From Gemmobacter sp. (GTDB lineage Bacteria > Pseudomonadota > Alphaproteobacteria > Micavibrionales > Micavibrionaceae), in NCBI GenBank assembly GCA_044238935.1, contig JBIICI010000001.1:68441-132440 (forward strand): a stretch of DNA of 64,000 bases, written 5' to 3'. A program made the position numbers and the translations under genes. Positions 1 through 11,000 of the stretch are shown here, in pieces (within the stretch, counting starts at the first letter, position 1; every line of letters starts with the position of its first letter). The notes under the pieces are model-generated. The model ran no database searches and had not been told where the DNA came from. It saw only the letters and a list, made by a program, of their open reading frames with translations.

Positions 1-1639
1 CGATTTTTTCAAAATCTAAAATATCATTCAGGAGGGAGAGCATTGCATCACACGAATCTTGCATTGTTTGCGCATAACCCGTTTGCTCACGCGTCAAGCT
101 AGTGCCCATCATCAGCTTTAGCATCCCCATGATGCCATTCATCGGTGTTCGAATCTCATGACTAACAACGGCTAAGAAAGCAGATTTTGCTTGGTTAGCT
201 TGGTCAGCCATTTCTTTTGCTAGACGCATTTCTTCGGTAATTTTTGCATCGCGCTCACGCAATGTTGCCATGACTTTTCGTTCATGTTCGATGACTTTTA
301 ATAAACGATCATGTTCAGATTGATGCTTGTGACGATTCAGTGCCTCTGAAATTTCGTCTTCGTGAATTTGCTGACTGTGAATCCGTTGTGATCCAACAAT
401 ATTATCCTTAGATTTTAAAATAATCGCATACAGAATTAATATAAAATATGCGATATTCCCAATCCAAAAGCTGTTTAAAAAGACAGGCAGGGGTTGTATC
501 CAGCCCAATAAAGCAAATTGCTGAATCATAAATCCCAATAATAAACAGGTATGCGCAACCGCCCAATAAATTTTCCCATTCACAGATTTGATATTGGCCG
601 TGATTGGAATGATAATACAGGCGCTATACACAACCCAATAAGATAATGAAAACACCCAAGTCGGCAGGGTATGACTGCCCCCAAAGAATAAAAGAGGCAG
701 AATCAATGCCACCAATATAAAGGTCAGTAATCCATGAATAATATTTTTTTCTTTTAGCCTGAATCTTTTCATTTCCAAAAAAGATCGTGTGGCCATGATA
801 CAAAAAATAAGCATGGCACTATTGATAAAAGGCCATGACATATTGATGAACTGTGCCTGCCCAAATGTCGTGCCGCTGGCCAAGGGATAATATAAAAACA
901 ACGCCAAGAAATAAGCGGCCACCCATAACCCCACATCAAGCTGTTGAATCATGTATAAAATAAAAAATACCCCCATCGCCATAAACAGAAAATGCCCAAA
1001 GAACCATGAAAATGATTCTGTGTTTTGTCTGGAATCGATATAATTTTTAAGGGAATAAATCTGGGGGTTTAAAGAGATCATTGATCTGTTATCAGGATCA
1101 ACAAAGAAAATAAGCAATTGTGATTTATAGGGTGCAATTTCTATTTTCAATGCGCCATGCTGAAATAGATTGTCTTTATATTCTGCTGTCTTCCGTGAAT
1201 CATACAGAATTTTCTGTGTACTGGCATTATACGCCAACAAGCGCTCAATACGTCCGAACTGACCATTTTCTGCATTGCCAAAATTAAGAATCCAATCTTT
1301 TACATCACTGTTGTTTTTAACAGGAACAATAAGCCAAAACGGGACACCTGATTTCGATGATCGGTAATGGGATTGTGTGTATTGATCGCCTAAGTTTTTT
1401 GTTTTGTACAGATCAATAATATTTTTTAAACTATACTGATATTCTGGGTCATATTTAACATAGGATAAACCTAAAAAATTTATCTGATCTGTTGTGTTTT
1501 GTAAAATACTGATTGATGATGTTGGGCGCTGGTCTTGTGCGAAGCTATAAAAAGAACAAAAAATTAGAACAAGAGCCACCATCCCCAAAATGAGAGGTTT
1601 TATATTAAAGGAGTGCGATGATCGTTTTGCTGATCCCAT
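1..1639 (-). CDS. Sensor histidine kinase, 7TMR-DISM-like architecture (N-terminal part; the C-terminus runs off the left edge)
   Basis: Absent from the ORF track because it has no stop in the window. My translation of the minus strand from the ATG at 1639 stays open to position 1. It shows a signal-like N-terminus ([35 protein letters not shown]), a ~190-aa extracytoplasmic part, a block of about 7 hydrophobic helices, a charged coiled-coil linker, then the HisKA H-box ...[27 protein letters not shown]... Confidence 0.8.
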   Translation of the reverse strand, partial: MGSAKRSSHSFNIKPLILGMVALVLIFCSFYSFAQDQRPTSSISILQNTTDQINFLGLSYVKYDPEYQYSLKNIIDLYKTKNLGDQYTQSHYRSSKSGVPFWLIVPVKNNSDVKDWILNFGNAENGQFGRIERLLAYNASTQKILYDSRKTAEYKDNLFQHGALKIEIAPYKSQLLIFFVDPDNRSMISLNPQIYSLKNYIDSRQNTESFSWFFGHFLFMAMGVFFILYMIQQLDVGLWVAAYFLALFLYYPLASGTTFGQAQFINMSWPFINSAMLIFCIMATRSFLEMKRFRLKEKNIIHGLLTFILVALILPLLFFGGSHTLPTWVFSLSYWVVYSACIIIPITANIKSVNGKIYWAVAHTCLLLGFMIQQFALLGWIQPLPVFLNSFWIGNIAYFILILYAIILKSKDNIVGSQRIHSQQIHEDEISEALNRHKHQSEHDRLLKVIEHERKVMATLRERDAKITEEMRLAKEMADQANQAKSAFLAVVSHEIRTPMNGIMGMLKLMMGTSLTREQTGYAQTMQDSCDAMLSLLNDILDFEKI

Positions 1640-1703
1640 ATATCATGAATGTATGTTGCGTGTTTAGATTACGCCATCATGACATGATAATATTTATGAA
1701 TCC

Positions 1704-2681
1704 TTAAGCCACAGACAACCAAAGCGTGACCCATTCCCCGTGGGTAATGCGATGTTTCTCAATTAATCCTTGTGCCTTATGGGCATCCAAGACCATTTCA
1801 GCCTGTTCCATGAGTAAACCTGATAAAATCACATGCCCCTGTGGCGCAAGAGATTGTTTCAAATCAGGCGCCATCATCACCAAAGGCCGCGCCAAAATAT
1901 TTGCAATGATTAAATCATACGGGGCATATTGCCGCGATAAAGCCGTATGATACCCATCACCTGCCGCAAATATAATATCATCATCCTGCAGATCCGTCAT
2001 GGATATATTTGCGGCTTTGTGCAAATTCGCAACGCGGATTGATTCCTCATCAATATCAATCCCGATAATGGGGTTTTTCAACGCGTCTTTATCACATAAA
2101 TGCCATGCAGCAATGGCCAAAATCCCAGATCCTGTGCCCATATCTAAAATAGATGTCACTGCATTATTTTTAAACACAAAAGACAGCATTTCCAAACATC
2201 CCCGTGTTGTGCCATGTTCGCCTGAACCAAAGGCTGTGGCGGCATCAATTTGCAAAGGGATATAATTCGCAGGAACAGATTCGGTATAATGCGAGCCAAA
2301 AATAAAAAAAGGCTCAACGACAAAAGGGGGGAATGATTGATAGGATTCCGCCAACCAATCTTTTTCAGGGACTTTTTCAATCAACAGATCAGGCATCCCC
2401 CATTGTAAATCATCCAATATTGGCTGTAATCTGGATTGAATAAAATCAATTTGGGGGGCATAGCCAAAATACCATTCAATTTTCCATGCATGATCTTCTA
2501 AACTAGCGGGGATGACATGCCCCTCCTTCGTTTGGGCGCGTAACAATGTGGTGGCGTACGCCTCTTCTTCAAAAACAACTGAGATTTTGGCGGCATCGTC
2601 CTCAAGATAATGCGCAGGCAATTCAAAAGACACACAAAAATAATCCGTCGGATTTTCATCATTATATAAAATATTATTCAT
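1704..2681 (-). CDS. prmA: Ribosomal protein L11 methyltransferase
   Basis: 325-aa ORF with FGSGEHGTTRGCLEML and the AdoMet-binding block DMGTGSGILAIAA, both typical of PrmA. Confidence 0.9.
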   Translation of the reverse strand: MNNILYNDENPTDYFCVSFELPAHYLEDDAAKISVVFEEEAYATTLLRAQTKEGHVIPASLEDHAWKIEWYFGYAPQIDFIQSRLQPILDDLQWGMPDLLIEKVPEKDWLAESYQSFPPFVVEPFFIFGSHYTESVPANYIPLQIDAATAFGSGEHGTTRGCLEMLSFVFKNNAVTSILDMGTGSGILAIAAWHLCDKDALKNPIIGIDIDEESIRVANLHKAANISMTDLQDDDIIFAAGDGYHTALSRQYAPYDLIIANILARPLVMMAPDLKQSLAPQGHVILSGLLMEQAEMVLDAHKAQGLIEKHRITHGEWVTLWLSVA

Positions 2682-2691
2682 AGGCTGGAGC

Positions 2692-3990
2692 TTATGCTGA
2701 AATGCCTAAAAAGTCAATCTGACATTGCATTTCTTCGTTGCTAAAAGGGTAATCCGTACCTGCGCGCGGGTAAATCAGGTCTTTGTGTGGGATGCGCGCC
2801 ATTTCTTGCTGTAGCTTAAGCGCTAAGCGCATCGGCAGCCCTGCCTTCCACGTCACAGCCACAATCGATTTTGCCGATTGCGCGGCAAAGATGGTCTCAA
2901 TCCCCTTTTGGGAAAACCCACCCATCACAGCAATACAGGCTTGCACAAATTCATAATCACGCATGCCTAAAGCATCGGCAACAAAATCCGCGTTTAACAC
3001 GCCCTCTGATTTCAGCTTTCGGGCGCGTTGTAACAGGCTTTGTGGTGTTTGTGGTTCAATGTGATTTTGGTGATCTGTGGCATATTGCAGGCGACGTTCA
3101 ATTTTATCCCCCATTTCTTTTAAGGTTTCATCTTCTAAAACCCCGCTTTTTTCCAATAATTGCCGCACAGTTCTACCTGCAAATTCAAAGAGCAAGGAAG
3201 CAGCCTCAGGCGGTAAAGATTGACGTTTTGCCAAAGATTTCTGCCATTCTGGGGTTGTCTTTGATTTCTGAATAATGATCTGCAACAATTCCATGCTTAA
3301 AAACGCATTTTCATTTTCAATCAAACGGCGACCTGCTTTGGCATCATTCGTATCAATAATGGCTGTACTGACGGAATCGCTCACTATTTTACGGCTGGCA
3401 ATGGCTTGGATCACCCAACTGGCAGGGTGTGAGGATAAAATATCCAACAAAGCCTGATCATCTAACGCCACACAGAACCGCAAAATAGGCTCAGAAACGG
3501 CTTTTTCAACGTCTTTTGCTAATTTCGAGGCAATTTCTGGCGGCGTACATGTATAATCTTTGAGCGTAGAAGAAAGCGCAATCCGAATTTTTAACACTTC
3601 ATCTAATGCCAAAGAACTCAGTGCCTGCACAGCATACGCATAGAGATGGCTTTGTTGGTCACGGGATAGATCAGGCAAAAGCTCCAGCAACCGTCTTGCC
3701 AGCGTAAAGCGAACATATTCGCTTTTATCCTGTGCCAATAATGGGCTGGCATGAAGAGGGGTGGAGGGGTTACCTGCAACTTCTTTACGCACACGCGGAT
3801 CTGGATCTTCTTGCGCTAAATAATATAAAATTTCACGGCTGGTCTGACTGTCGCGCGCCAAGCTGATGCGCGATTTTACATGATCATGTTTCAGTTTTTC
3901 TTTTTGGATTTGATAGGCATCACTGTTTCTATCAGATGATGGATCACCTTTTTTATTCGGATTTATAAAATCAAAGAATTTTTGGAACAT
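2692..3990 (-). CDS. DUF2336-like helical-repeat protein (conserved alphaproteobacterial hypothetical)
   Basis: 432-aa ORF with a HEAT/ARM-like N-terminal half (..YYLAQEDPDPRVRKEVAGNP..). The C-terminal block ..FVQACIAVMGGFSQKGIETIFAAQSAKSIVAVTWKAGLPMRLALKLQ.. resembles DUF2336 proteins as I recall them. Confidence 0.45.
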   Translation of the reverse strand: MFQKFFDFINPNKKGDPSSDRNSDAYQIQKEKLKHDHVKSRISLARDSQTSREILYYLAQEDPDPRVRKEVAGNPSTPLHASPLLAQDKSEYVRFTLARRLLELLPDLSRDQQSHLYAYAVQALSSLALDEVLKIRIALSSTLKDYTCTPPEIASKLAKDVEKAVSEPILRFCVALDDQALLDILSSHPASWVIQAIASRKIVSDSVSTAIIDTNDAKAGRRLIENENAFLSMELLQIIIQKSKTTPEWQKSLAKRQSLPPEAASLLFEFAGRTVRQLLEKSGVLEDETLKEMGDKIERRLQYATDHQNHIEPQTPQSLLQRARKLKSEGVLNADFVADALGMRDYEFVQACIAVMGGFSQKGIETIFAAQSAKSIVAVTWKAGLPMRLALKLQQEMARIPHKDLIYPRAGTDYPFSNEEMQCQIDFLGISA

Positions 3991-4107
3991 GGTTTCTTTA
4001 TTTTATTTTCATATTTAAGATTATTTTACTGGAAAAATGATTCTTTTTTTGCTATGGTGTTTCTACACTAAAAACATAAACATATCGTAAATTGGACACT
4101 GAAATAT

Positions 4108-4797
4108 ATGAGCGACTCTGATCAAAACCGCCTGAAATGGACCGACGAACGCATTGATGCCTTACAAAAATTGTGGTTAGAGGGCAAAACAGCGGCTGAA
4201 ATCGCAAAAATATTGGGCGGTGTCACACGAAATGCCGTGATCGGTAAGGCACATCGCCTGAATTTAGCAGGGCGCACTGTCCCCACAACCTTAATGAAGG
4301 ATGCAGATCCGCATAAAAAACCTGCTGTCAAGGCGGTTGAAAAATCTGTAAAATCAGCGGTGGCAAAGAAATCAACGCCAAAGACTGTTTTAAAAACAGC
4401 GGAAAATTTTAATGATACGCCGATACCGTCAAAAGTTGAAACTCAAGCGAAAAGAGAGGCAAAAAATCGCGCCCTTCTCCAAGAACGTCAAGATCATTTA
4501 GACATGGCCTTAGAACAGGTTCGTGCCATGCCTGCACTGAAAAAAATCAGCCCTGCCAATGATGATGGCGATGAAGCAAGTAAAATTGGACAATATAAAT
4601 TAATTGATCTGAAAGATTGCATGTGCCGTTGGCCCTATGGTGATCCCAAAACAGATCAATTCAGTTTTTGTGGCGATAAAATTGTATCGGGTACGCCGTA
4701 CTGTTCCAAACATGCCGCAAAAGCCTATCAAACAATTTCCAAAAACCGCGCCCTGAAAATGGACGAAAATCTGTATGAGAAAAAAGGCATTGCATAA
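4108..4797 (+). CDS. gcrA: Cell-cycle transcriptional regulator GcrA
   Basis: N-terminus W-TDERIDALQKLWLEGKTAAEIAKILGGVTRNAVIGKAHRLNL and Cys-containing C-terminus CRWPYGDPKTDQFSFCGDKIVSGTPYCSKHAAKAYQ are GcrA hallmarks. Confidence 0.9.
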   Translation: MSDSDQNRLKWTDERIDALQKLWLEGKTAAEIAKILGGVTRNAVIGKAHRLNLAGRTVPTTLMKDADPHKKPAVKAVEKSVKSAVAKKSTPKTVLKTAENFNDTPIPSKVETQAKREAKNRALLQERQDHLDMALEQVRAMPALKKISPANDDGDEASKIGQYKLIDLKDCMCRWPYGDPKTDQFSFCGDKIVSGTPYCSKHAAKAYQTISKNRALKMDENLYEKKGIA

Positions 4798-5014
4798 AGC
4801 AATGTCTTGTTAATCCAGCACCAAGAATTGTCATGCCGTGTGGGGGCATGACGGCGGTGGGGGAAAAGCACAACCCGCGTCACCACCTTCCCTATAAATC
4901 GATCCATGCAACAAGGTCGACCTAACGCGCAATCTCAGGGATCATGAAAGAATTATAGATGATTGGATCACATCCAGCATAATCACCTTTTATTCACCTA
5001 ACGATATGTCACTA

Positions 5015-8002
5015 TTATCCGCCATCACCCTCTTGTTTTGGAGGCTGTGCTGCTTTTTTAGCATTTATTTGGCCTAAAGACGTGGTTGTCTCCCCCCCAG
5101 CTCTATAGACACTTTGCAGACTATTCCCCAGCGTATTCCCAATCATGCTGCCCCCTAATGTTGCATATCCAATCATATTTTGCGCAGGGTCTTCTGCACC
5201 GGCACCAAATGTTTGCACGGAATTCCCCATCCAACGCAAAATATTATTCGGGATCATATCAATCATTTTAAACGATGCCATCGCCATCATGTAAGAGATC
5301 AGGGCAAATAAGATAAGATAAAAGAAATTATCAATGCCGTTGCCTAAATTTGCAAGACTTGCCTCCAGATCAGCCGTATTTTTGATATTTGCAACATTTG
5401 AGATTGTTTGGGCAGCCCCCGTTGCGGCATTGCTAACGCCACCACTATCTTGTGCGCCGAAAATACCGCCCGTTACGGAATCCCAGATTAAATTTAGAAT
5501 ATCCATTTGTGCGGCAAAAATTGTAATGCCTGCGATTAAACCAAAAATCGTTAAAATCGGGCGTAAGAATATTTCAAAGATTAAGAAATATCCCCCCATC
5601 GCGGCACTTCCCGGTAAGCCATCCCCGTCAATACGAATATGTGCCAATGCCCATAAGGGGACACCCACCATGGCCTCAAACAATCCCTTGACCCATCGTG
5701 CCGCCGCAAAAAAGAAATAAAGGAAGGGTAAAAACGGCACAATATACGCCAATGTAAACCCTGCCCCCAATCCCATCCCTGCGATCGTGACTAAGATACC
5801 AGCAACGGTTATGCCTGCACCCCCAAAGGCCATAATCTGACCCTGACCACTTAAATTACCCAAACCAGAAACCCCTGCAAGGACAAAAGAACCAAATACA
5901 TCAACAATCGTACTTTCAATCAAAGCCTGACCAATCGCGGTAAGACGGGCAATCGGATGCTTGTCTTGGTTTTTACGAATATCCAACATTCCATTCACAC
6001 CAAATAACCGTGCAACAAAATCCTTGATTGAATTCCCCGTTTCTTCTTGTTTCCCCTGCGTCAACCATGATTGATAGACTTCGTTCAGCATTTTTGCCAC
6101 CTGAAGCTCATGATTTTGCACTTTACTGGGCTCATTTTTAAAGTTTGTGGGGGTAAATTGTTCCGCCGCAGATCCTGCGGCATCATGATTTGCCCGTTCC
6201 TCCGCAATTTTTTTCATGATCAAAGGATAAGCATCAGGCTGTGGTAAATTATAGGCCGCCTTGATAAACGTACCGTTTAATTCAGATATTTTATTATACC
6301 ATGTTGCCGCCCCTGCCCAACCATTAATCTGAACATCAGGTAAATCATTAATCAGATTGGCTTTCATGGCCTGTTTAAATAATCCGGGGAAAGGACCATA
6401 AGACATTGATTGTTTTTCTGGCGTCTTATAAATAGGTTTATTTTCAGCATCATAATGATCAAAATTTTGTAATTCATACTGACATTGAACAGATTGTGGC
6501 ACACCTTGTAAATAATCTTGGTATAAATTTACAAAACATTCCCTTGCCGCATTATGATATTGCAGGGGGAATCCTTTGTTTTTATCAAAATCCGCTAAGG
6601 GATAATATCGATTGACCACGTTCATCGCATTAAAATGCGTAAACGGATCTGTCCACATGGAAATAATCATATTATAATAGCCGTTCAAAATGACTTTTGC
6701 GCCTTTATGCTTATTAAAATCCAGCGTGTTCATTTTTAAACTCAGCTCGCCACACTCTGGCACAATTTTCCCCATATATTTGCTGTTGGGATCAAGATGC
6801 CCAAAAACAATGTGGATATTATTTTTCTGCCCTGTAAAGGCTAATAATTCCTCAAAATCCTTAAACGTAGAAATTGATGCAGCACTGGCTTTGCCTGATT
6901 GCGGATCATATTGCGGATCGGTCAGTAATAAATAATCTTGCGCGCCCAAAGATTGCGTATTTTGCGTGGGGCGCACGGCATAGGCCTTGATTTGTTTTTT
7001 ATCGCCATAAATACGCTCTTGCGCGACTTTACAAGTATGTGCAATTTGCGTGAAGGCAACAAAACTCTTTACCCGTGGCGCATCAGGTTCTGTAATCATT
7101 TTTGATGGCTCAACTAAGAATTTGTTTGAACCATATAATGGGTCTTTGATATTGGCGTTGTATAAGGTATTGGTAAAGGTAATCCAGCCATTTGTTGCAA
7201 AACTAGATCCCAATTTAGCGGCATAAAGGGTAATATATTGCCCCGAATTCATACCATAGGCAACAGGGATCAATAATCCAATCCCAAAGACAATCCGAAT
7301 GGGTGCCCATACCGTGTTAAAACGCTTTCCAAATGGTGTGCCTGTTTGTGCCGTTTCAACAACAACAACGACCATATAATATAAGAAAATAATGGCGGCA
7401 ACAATCAGTAACCCCTTGGAATAAAAATGGAAAATACTATGCAGCGCCGTATGATACGCCGATGGAAAAGCACCATCGCCCAGCGCCCCCACACGTCCTC
7501 CATCACCACGCGGCAAACAGGCAATATTTTGTTCAACACATGAACCAAATAAATGCGGCAATCCAAAAACCCGATCCAACATAATAAAGGCAATATCCTG
7601 TGTGGGGGCTTTGGTTTTAAAAAACTGGAAAATCGATGGGTCAACAACCCCCGTTGTCGATGCCGCCATGGCCGCCCCAGAAATAAGGGAAGACAGCAAA
7701 ACCAAGAACTGACCCGCCAGCATGACAATACCAAATAAAATTGTATAAAAGACAATAATTTGATCAATATGCTGACGATCATGTTTCAAATTGCGCCATG
7801 CTTGGCTGACAACATGATGCACCGAATATTGCGCAAAATTTTCCTGTAATAAATACGGATGCCCCTCAGGCAATAAACGGATCATGCGAAAAACCAACGC
7901 CATAAAAAAAGCGATATACGCAAACCCAGACGCCGTTAAATCTCTGACCCGTGGTAAGATCTGAGGAAGAAGAACGAATTTTAAAATTTGTTTCTTTTGC
8001 AT
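5015..8002 (-). CDS. Large polytopic membrane protein, DotA/TraY-like (paralogue B, 995 aa)
   Basis: TM clusters at both ends flank a ~400-aa soluble centre. Motifs: ETAQTGTPFGKRFNTVWAPIRIVFGIGLLIPVAYGMNSGQYITLYAAKLGSSFATNGW, IVFGHLDP, FEAMVGVPLWALAHIRIDGDGLPG, FKMIDMIPNNILRWMG. Alignable along its whole length with the upstream 1061-aa gene. The family call rests on my recollection of DotA/TraY architecture and motifs. Confidence 0.6.
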   Translation of the reverse strand: MQKKQILKFVLLPQILPRVRDLTASGFAYIAFFMALVFRMIRLLPEGHPYLLQENFAQYSVHHVVSQAWRNLKHDRQHIDQIIVFYTILFGIVMLAGQFLVLLSSLISGAAMAASTTGVVDPSIFQFFKTKAPTQDIAFIMLDRVFGLPHLFGSCVEQNIACLPRGDGGRVGALGDGAFPSAYHTALHSIFHFYSKGLLIVAAIIFLYYMVVVVVETAQTGTPFGKRFNTVWAPIRIVFGIGLLIPVAYGMNSGQYITLYAAKLGSSFATNGWITFTNTLYNANIKDPLYGSNKFLVEPSKMITEPDAPRVKSFVAFTQIAHTCKVAQERIYGDKKQIKAYAVRPTQNTQSLGAQDYLLLTDPQYDPQSGKASAASISTFKDFEELLAFTGQKNNIHIVFGHLDPNSKYMGKIVPECGELSLKMNTLDFNKHKGAKVILNGYYNMIISMWTDPFTHFNAMNVVNRYYPLADFDKNKGFPLQYHNAARECFVNLYQDYLQGVPQSVQCQYELQNFDHYDAENKPIYKTPEKQSMSYGPFPGLFKQAMKANLINDLPDVQINGWAGAATWYNKISELNGTFIKAAYNLPQPDAYPLIMKKIAEERANHDAAGSAAEQFTPTNFKNEPSKVQNHELQVAKMLNEVYQSWLTQGKQEETGNSIKDFVARLFGVNGMLDIRKNQDKHPIARLTAIGQALIESTIVDVFGSFVLAGVSGLGNLSGQGQIMAFGGAGITVAGILVTIAGMGLGAGFTLAYIVPFLPFLYFFFAAARWVKGLFEAMVGVPLWALAHIRIDGDGLPGSAAMGGYFLIFEIFLRPILTIFGLIAGITIFAAQMDILNLIWDSVTGGIFGAQDSGGVSNAATGAAQTISNVANIKNTADLEASLANLGNGIDNFFYLILFALISYMMAMASFKMIDMIPNNILRWMGNSVQTFGAGAEDPAQNMIGYATLGGSMIGNTLGNSLQSVYRAGGETTTSLGQINAKKAAQPPKQEGDGG

Positions 8003-8019
8003 CTTTTATCTCATCTAAC

Positions 8020-11000
8020 TTAAGGTGTTTCGTCTTTTGGTGGCGCTTTTTTTATAGATCCACTGCTAATAGGGCTACCACCATTATTAGGCGGAGGGTC
8101 ACCCCCTGTTTCTTCTGGTGAGCCACTAGTAGGAGATGGCTTCTTAGCAGGTGGTGTGGACGCAGATGGTTGAGGATTTGATTGTTGAGGCTGAGGCTGG
8201 TTACCACCTTGATTTCCGCCGCCTTGTCCACCACCACCAGAACCAGCTTGGTTACCGTCGCCCCCTTGTTGTTGGTCACCCTGTTTTTTATCCTTTGGTG
8301 ATGTTAGTGAAGGAGGTTCAGGGGGCGCAGTTAATCTTCCAAGCAATGTTCCCACTGCTCCGCCTGAGTCGTGGACGATCTCAGATAATTCAGTCATATG
8401 CGTTCCAACCCCCCCTGCGATATAGGTGGTGCTGATATTCATCGGGTCTTCGATCTGATTTAGATCATTAAAGGTTTCCACACCAGCCCCCATCCAACGC
8501 ATAATATTTTGAGGGATCATATCAATTAATTTAAAGCTGCTATTGCCCAACATATACATTAAAACCGCATACATACAGGTAATCGCAAATTCATCAAATT
8601 TCCCACGCGCTGAATAGGCTGTGTTTTGCAGCTGATTGACAAATTTACCCGTATCAAAATCCTTGCCTTTGTTTAGGGCTGTTGCAATATCCCCAACCGC
8701 ACTTGCGCTTGCCTGCGCACCCCCTGAATTGTTGGATGCATTCAACATTTCATTGGCGATAATCGGGAATAAATCATGCATAATCCGTGCGGAGGCAGAA
8801 AAAATGCTCAAGGATGCAATCAAGCCAAACACAATGAGAATCGGCCGCAAGAAAACTTCAAAAATTAAATAATAGCCCATAATCCCCGAACTTCCGGGAA
8901 GGCCGCCACTATCGTTCGATTCTAATTTCAAATGCGCCAATGCCCATAGGGGCACACCGACCATGGCCTCAAAAATCCCCTTGACCCATCCCCCAACAGC
9001 AAAGAAAAAGAAAACAAACGGCATGAAGGGAATAACATATCCCAAAATAACGCCTGCGGTTAGACCCATCAAAGCAAAAACGGAAACCGCCCCTCCCAAC
9101 GCGCCTAATATAGGCATAGCGGAGGCCAGAAGAGGTTGCGAAGCGCCCCATTGAGAGAAAAAAGCAGACCCACCTTGAGCAAAGACAGAAATACCCAGAT
9201 TACGCACAGATGTTTCAACCATACTACGTCCTGCGGCGCTAAGATGTGATAAAGGATGCACATCATCCATATCAATCAAATCCATCAATCCTGATGTTCC
9301 CATCATCATATTTAAAACGGCTAAAAGCGTGTTTGATTCACGATTTTTCTCTCGATCAGATTGCATAGATTGAATCAATTGCGTCCATTCATCGGCAGCC
9401 GATTGCAAAACTTTTTTAATTTCATGATCAAATTGAAAATCATCGCCTTGATTATGCCCTGCCTCATCATTTTTTTGTGACGTGGTGCTGTTGGCCTGTG
9501 TGTTATTTTTACGCACAAAAACATCCGGTTTCCGGCTTACGGTGGGGGCATTATAAACAGCCCCAATCAACGCCCCATTATATTCAGAAACCGTATTATA
9601 CCAAATGCCTGCACCACCCCAACCATATTTTTGCAATGAACCTTGGGGGTATTGCGCGCCATACGCCCCATTTTTTTTCCAGCTATCCAATAATGATTTT
9701 TCTGCGACCTTTAGCTGATCAATGATGGTTAATTCCATATCAGAAATCAAAGATGTCGAAATATTTGGTGATGATGGATTATTATTCTTCCTGTTATAAG
9801 GCAAGAGTTTTTCATTCAGATATTCTGCGTATTGAAGTAATTTTGGATTATTATACCATAGATTCACAATCATTTGGAAATAGGCCGTTTCAATGACTTC
9901 TACGGCTTCTAATCGAAATTTTGATCGACGATGAATCACTAGCTCCCCACAATGTGGGTAAATGCCGGCTCTTGCATTTGAATATCGTACGGGGTCTAAA
10001 TGCCCAAAAACAATTCTAACATTTTCGCTCCCGACATTCAGGGCAAGGGCTTTTTTCCAAAAATCCCCTCCTGCCCCTGCAGGGATTTCTAAGAAATTAA
10101 CTTTATCATTGGATTTTTGGCCTCCTCCATTGATCCAATGATTTTGCCGCAGCACATAAGGCTTGATCTGACGGCCTTTGACATTGCCTGTGAATTCCTC
10201 ACTATAGGCACGCTGATGCGCAATTTGGCATGTTTTTGCAACCGCCATAAATTGTCCCAACGACGCCAAAGGTGGAATCGATTTAATTGGGGCAACAATT
10301 TTTAAGCCTTGATTTTTATTATTCCCTGCCTGTGCCGCTGTGCTTTCCGCACCGGGTAATAAATGATTATGCGCCCCGAAATAATACCAACCATTCGTGG
10401 CAAAACCTGATCCCCATTTTGCCGCATATAAAACGATAAATTGCGCGGAATTTAAACCATAAGCAACGGGCACCAATAAACCAATGGCAACAACCAATCG
10501 AATAGGCGCCCAAGTTCCTGAAAAACGCTGACCAAAGGGTGTACCTGATTGAGCCGTTTCTGCGATTACCACAACAATGTAATACAAAAAGATCATCACC
10601 GCGACAGCCAAAAGCGCATATGAATAAAAGCCCAGCAATTTCTGTAAACCCTGCTGAAATGGCGGAATTTTTGAGACTGAGGCAGGCGCATCCAAAGAGC
10701 CAAAGATACCGGGAATACCAAAAACACGATCCAACATCCGCAAGGCGATGTCTTCTTTTGGGTATTGTGTATGAAACATACTGGTCAATCCAGCATTCCC
10801 TGTGCCGGTAAGCCCTGCCGCATGTGCGGTTTCAAAAACCCATCCCATCAGAATCAACGCGATTTGACCAAAAATCAAGGCAAAGGCCAAAACAATGACA
10901 CCGAACATTAAAATTTGATCAATATGATGCCGATCCCATTTTAAATTTTTCCATGATTGGGCAATCACATGGCGAATGCCAAATTGCCCTATTGAATCAG

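Noticed and set aside
4786-4852. Intrinsic terminator for gcrA
   Set aside because: Two short hairpins exist (CATTGC/GCAATG around the stop codon, and the 8-bp stem at 4830-4852). Neither is followed by a U-tract on either strand, so no terminator is called.
5086-11000. Many 60-130-aa ORFs antisense to or out of frame within the two giant genes (e.g. 5334..5720, 7405..7782, 8052..8279, 8151..8435, 10539..10811)
   Set aside because: They are shadow ORFs inside long, well-supported CDSs. Their composition is low-complexity or hydrophobic mirror-image sequence with no independent signals.
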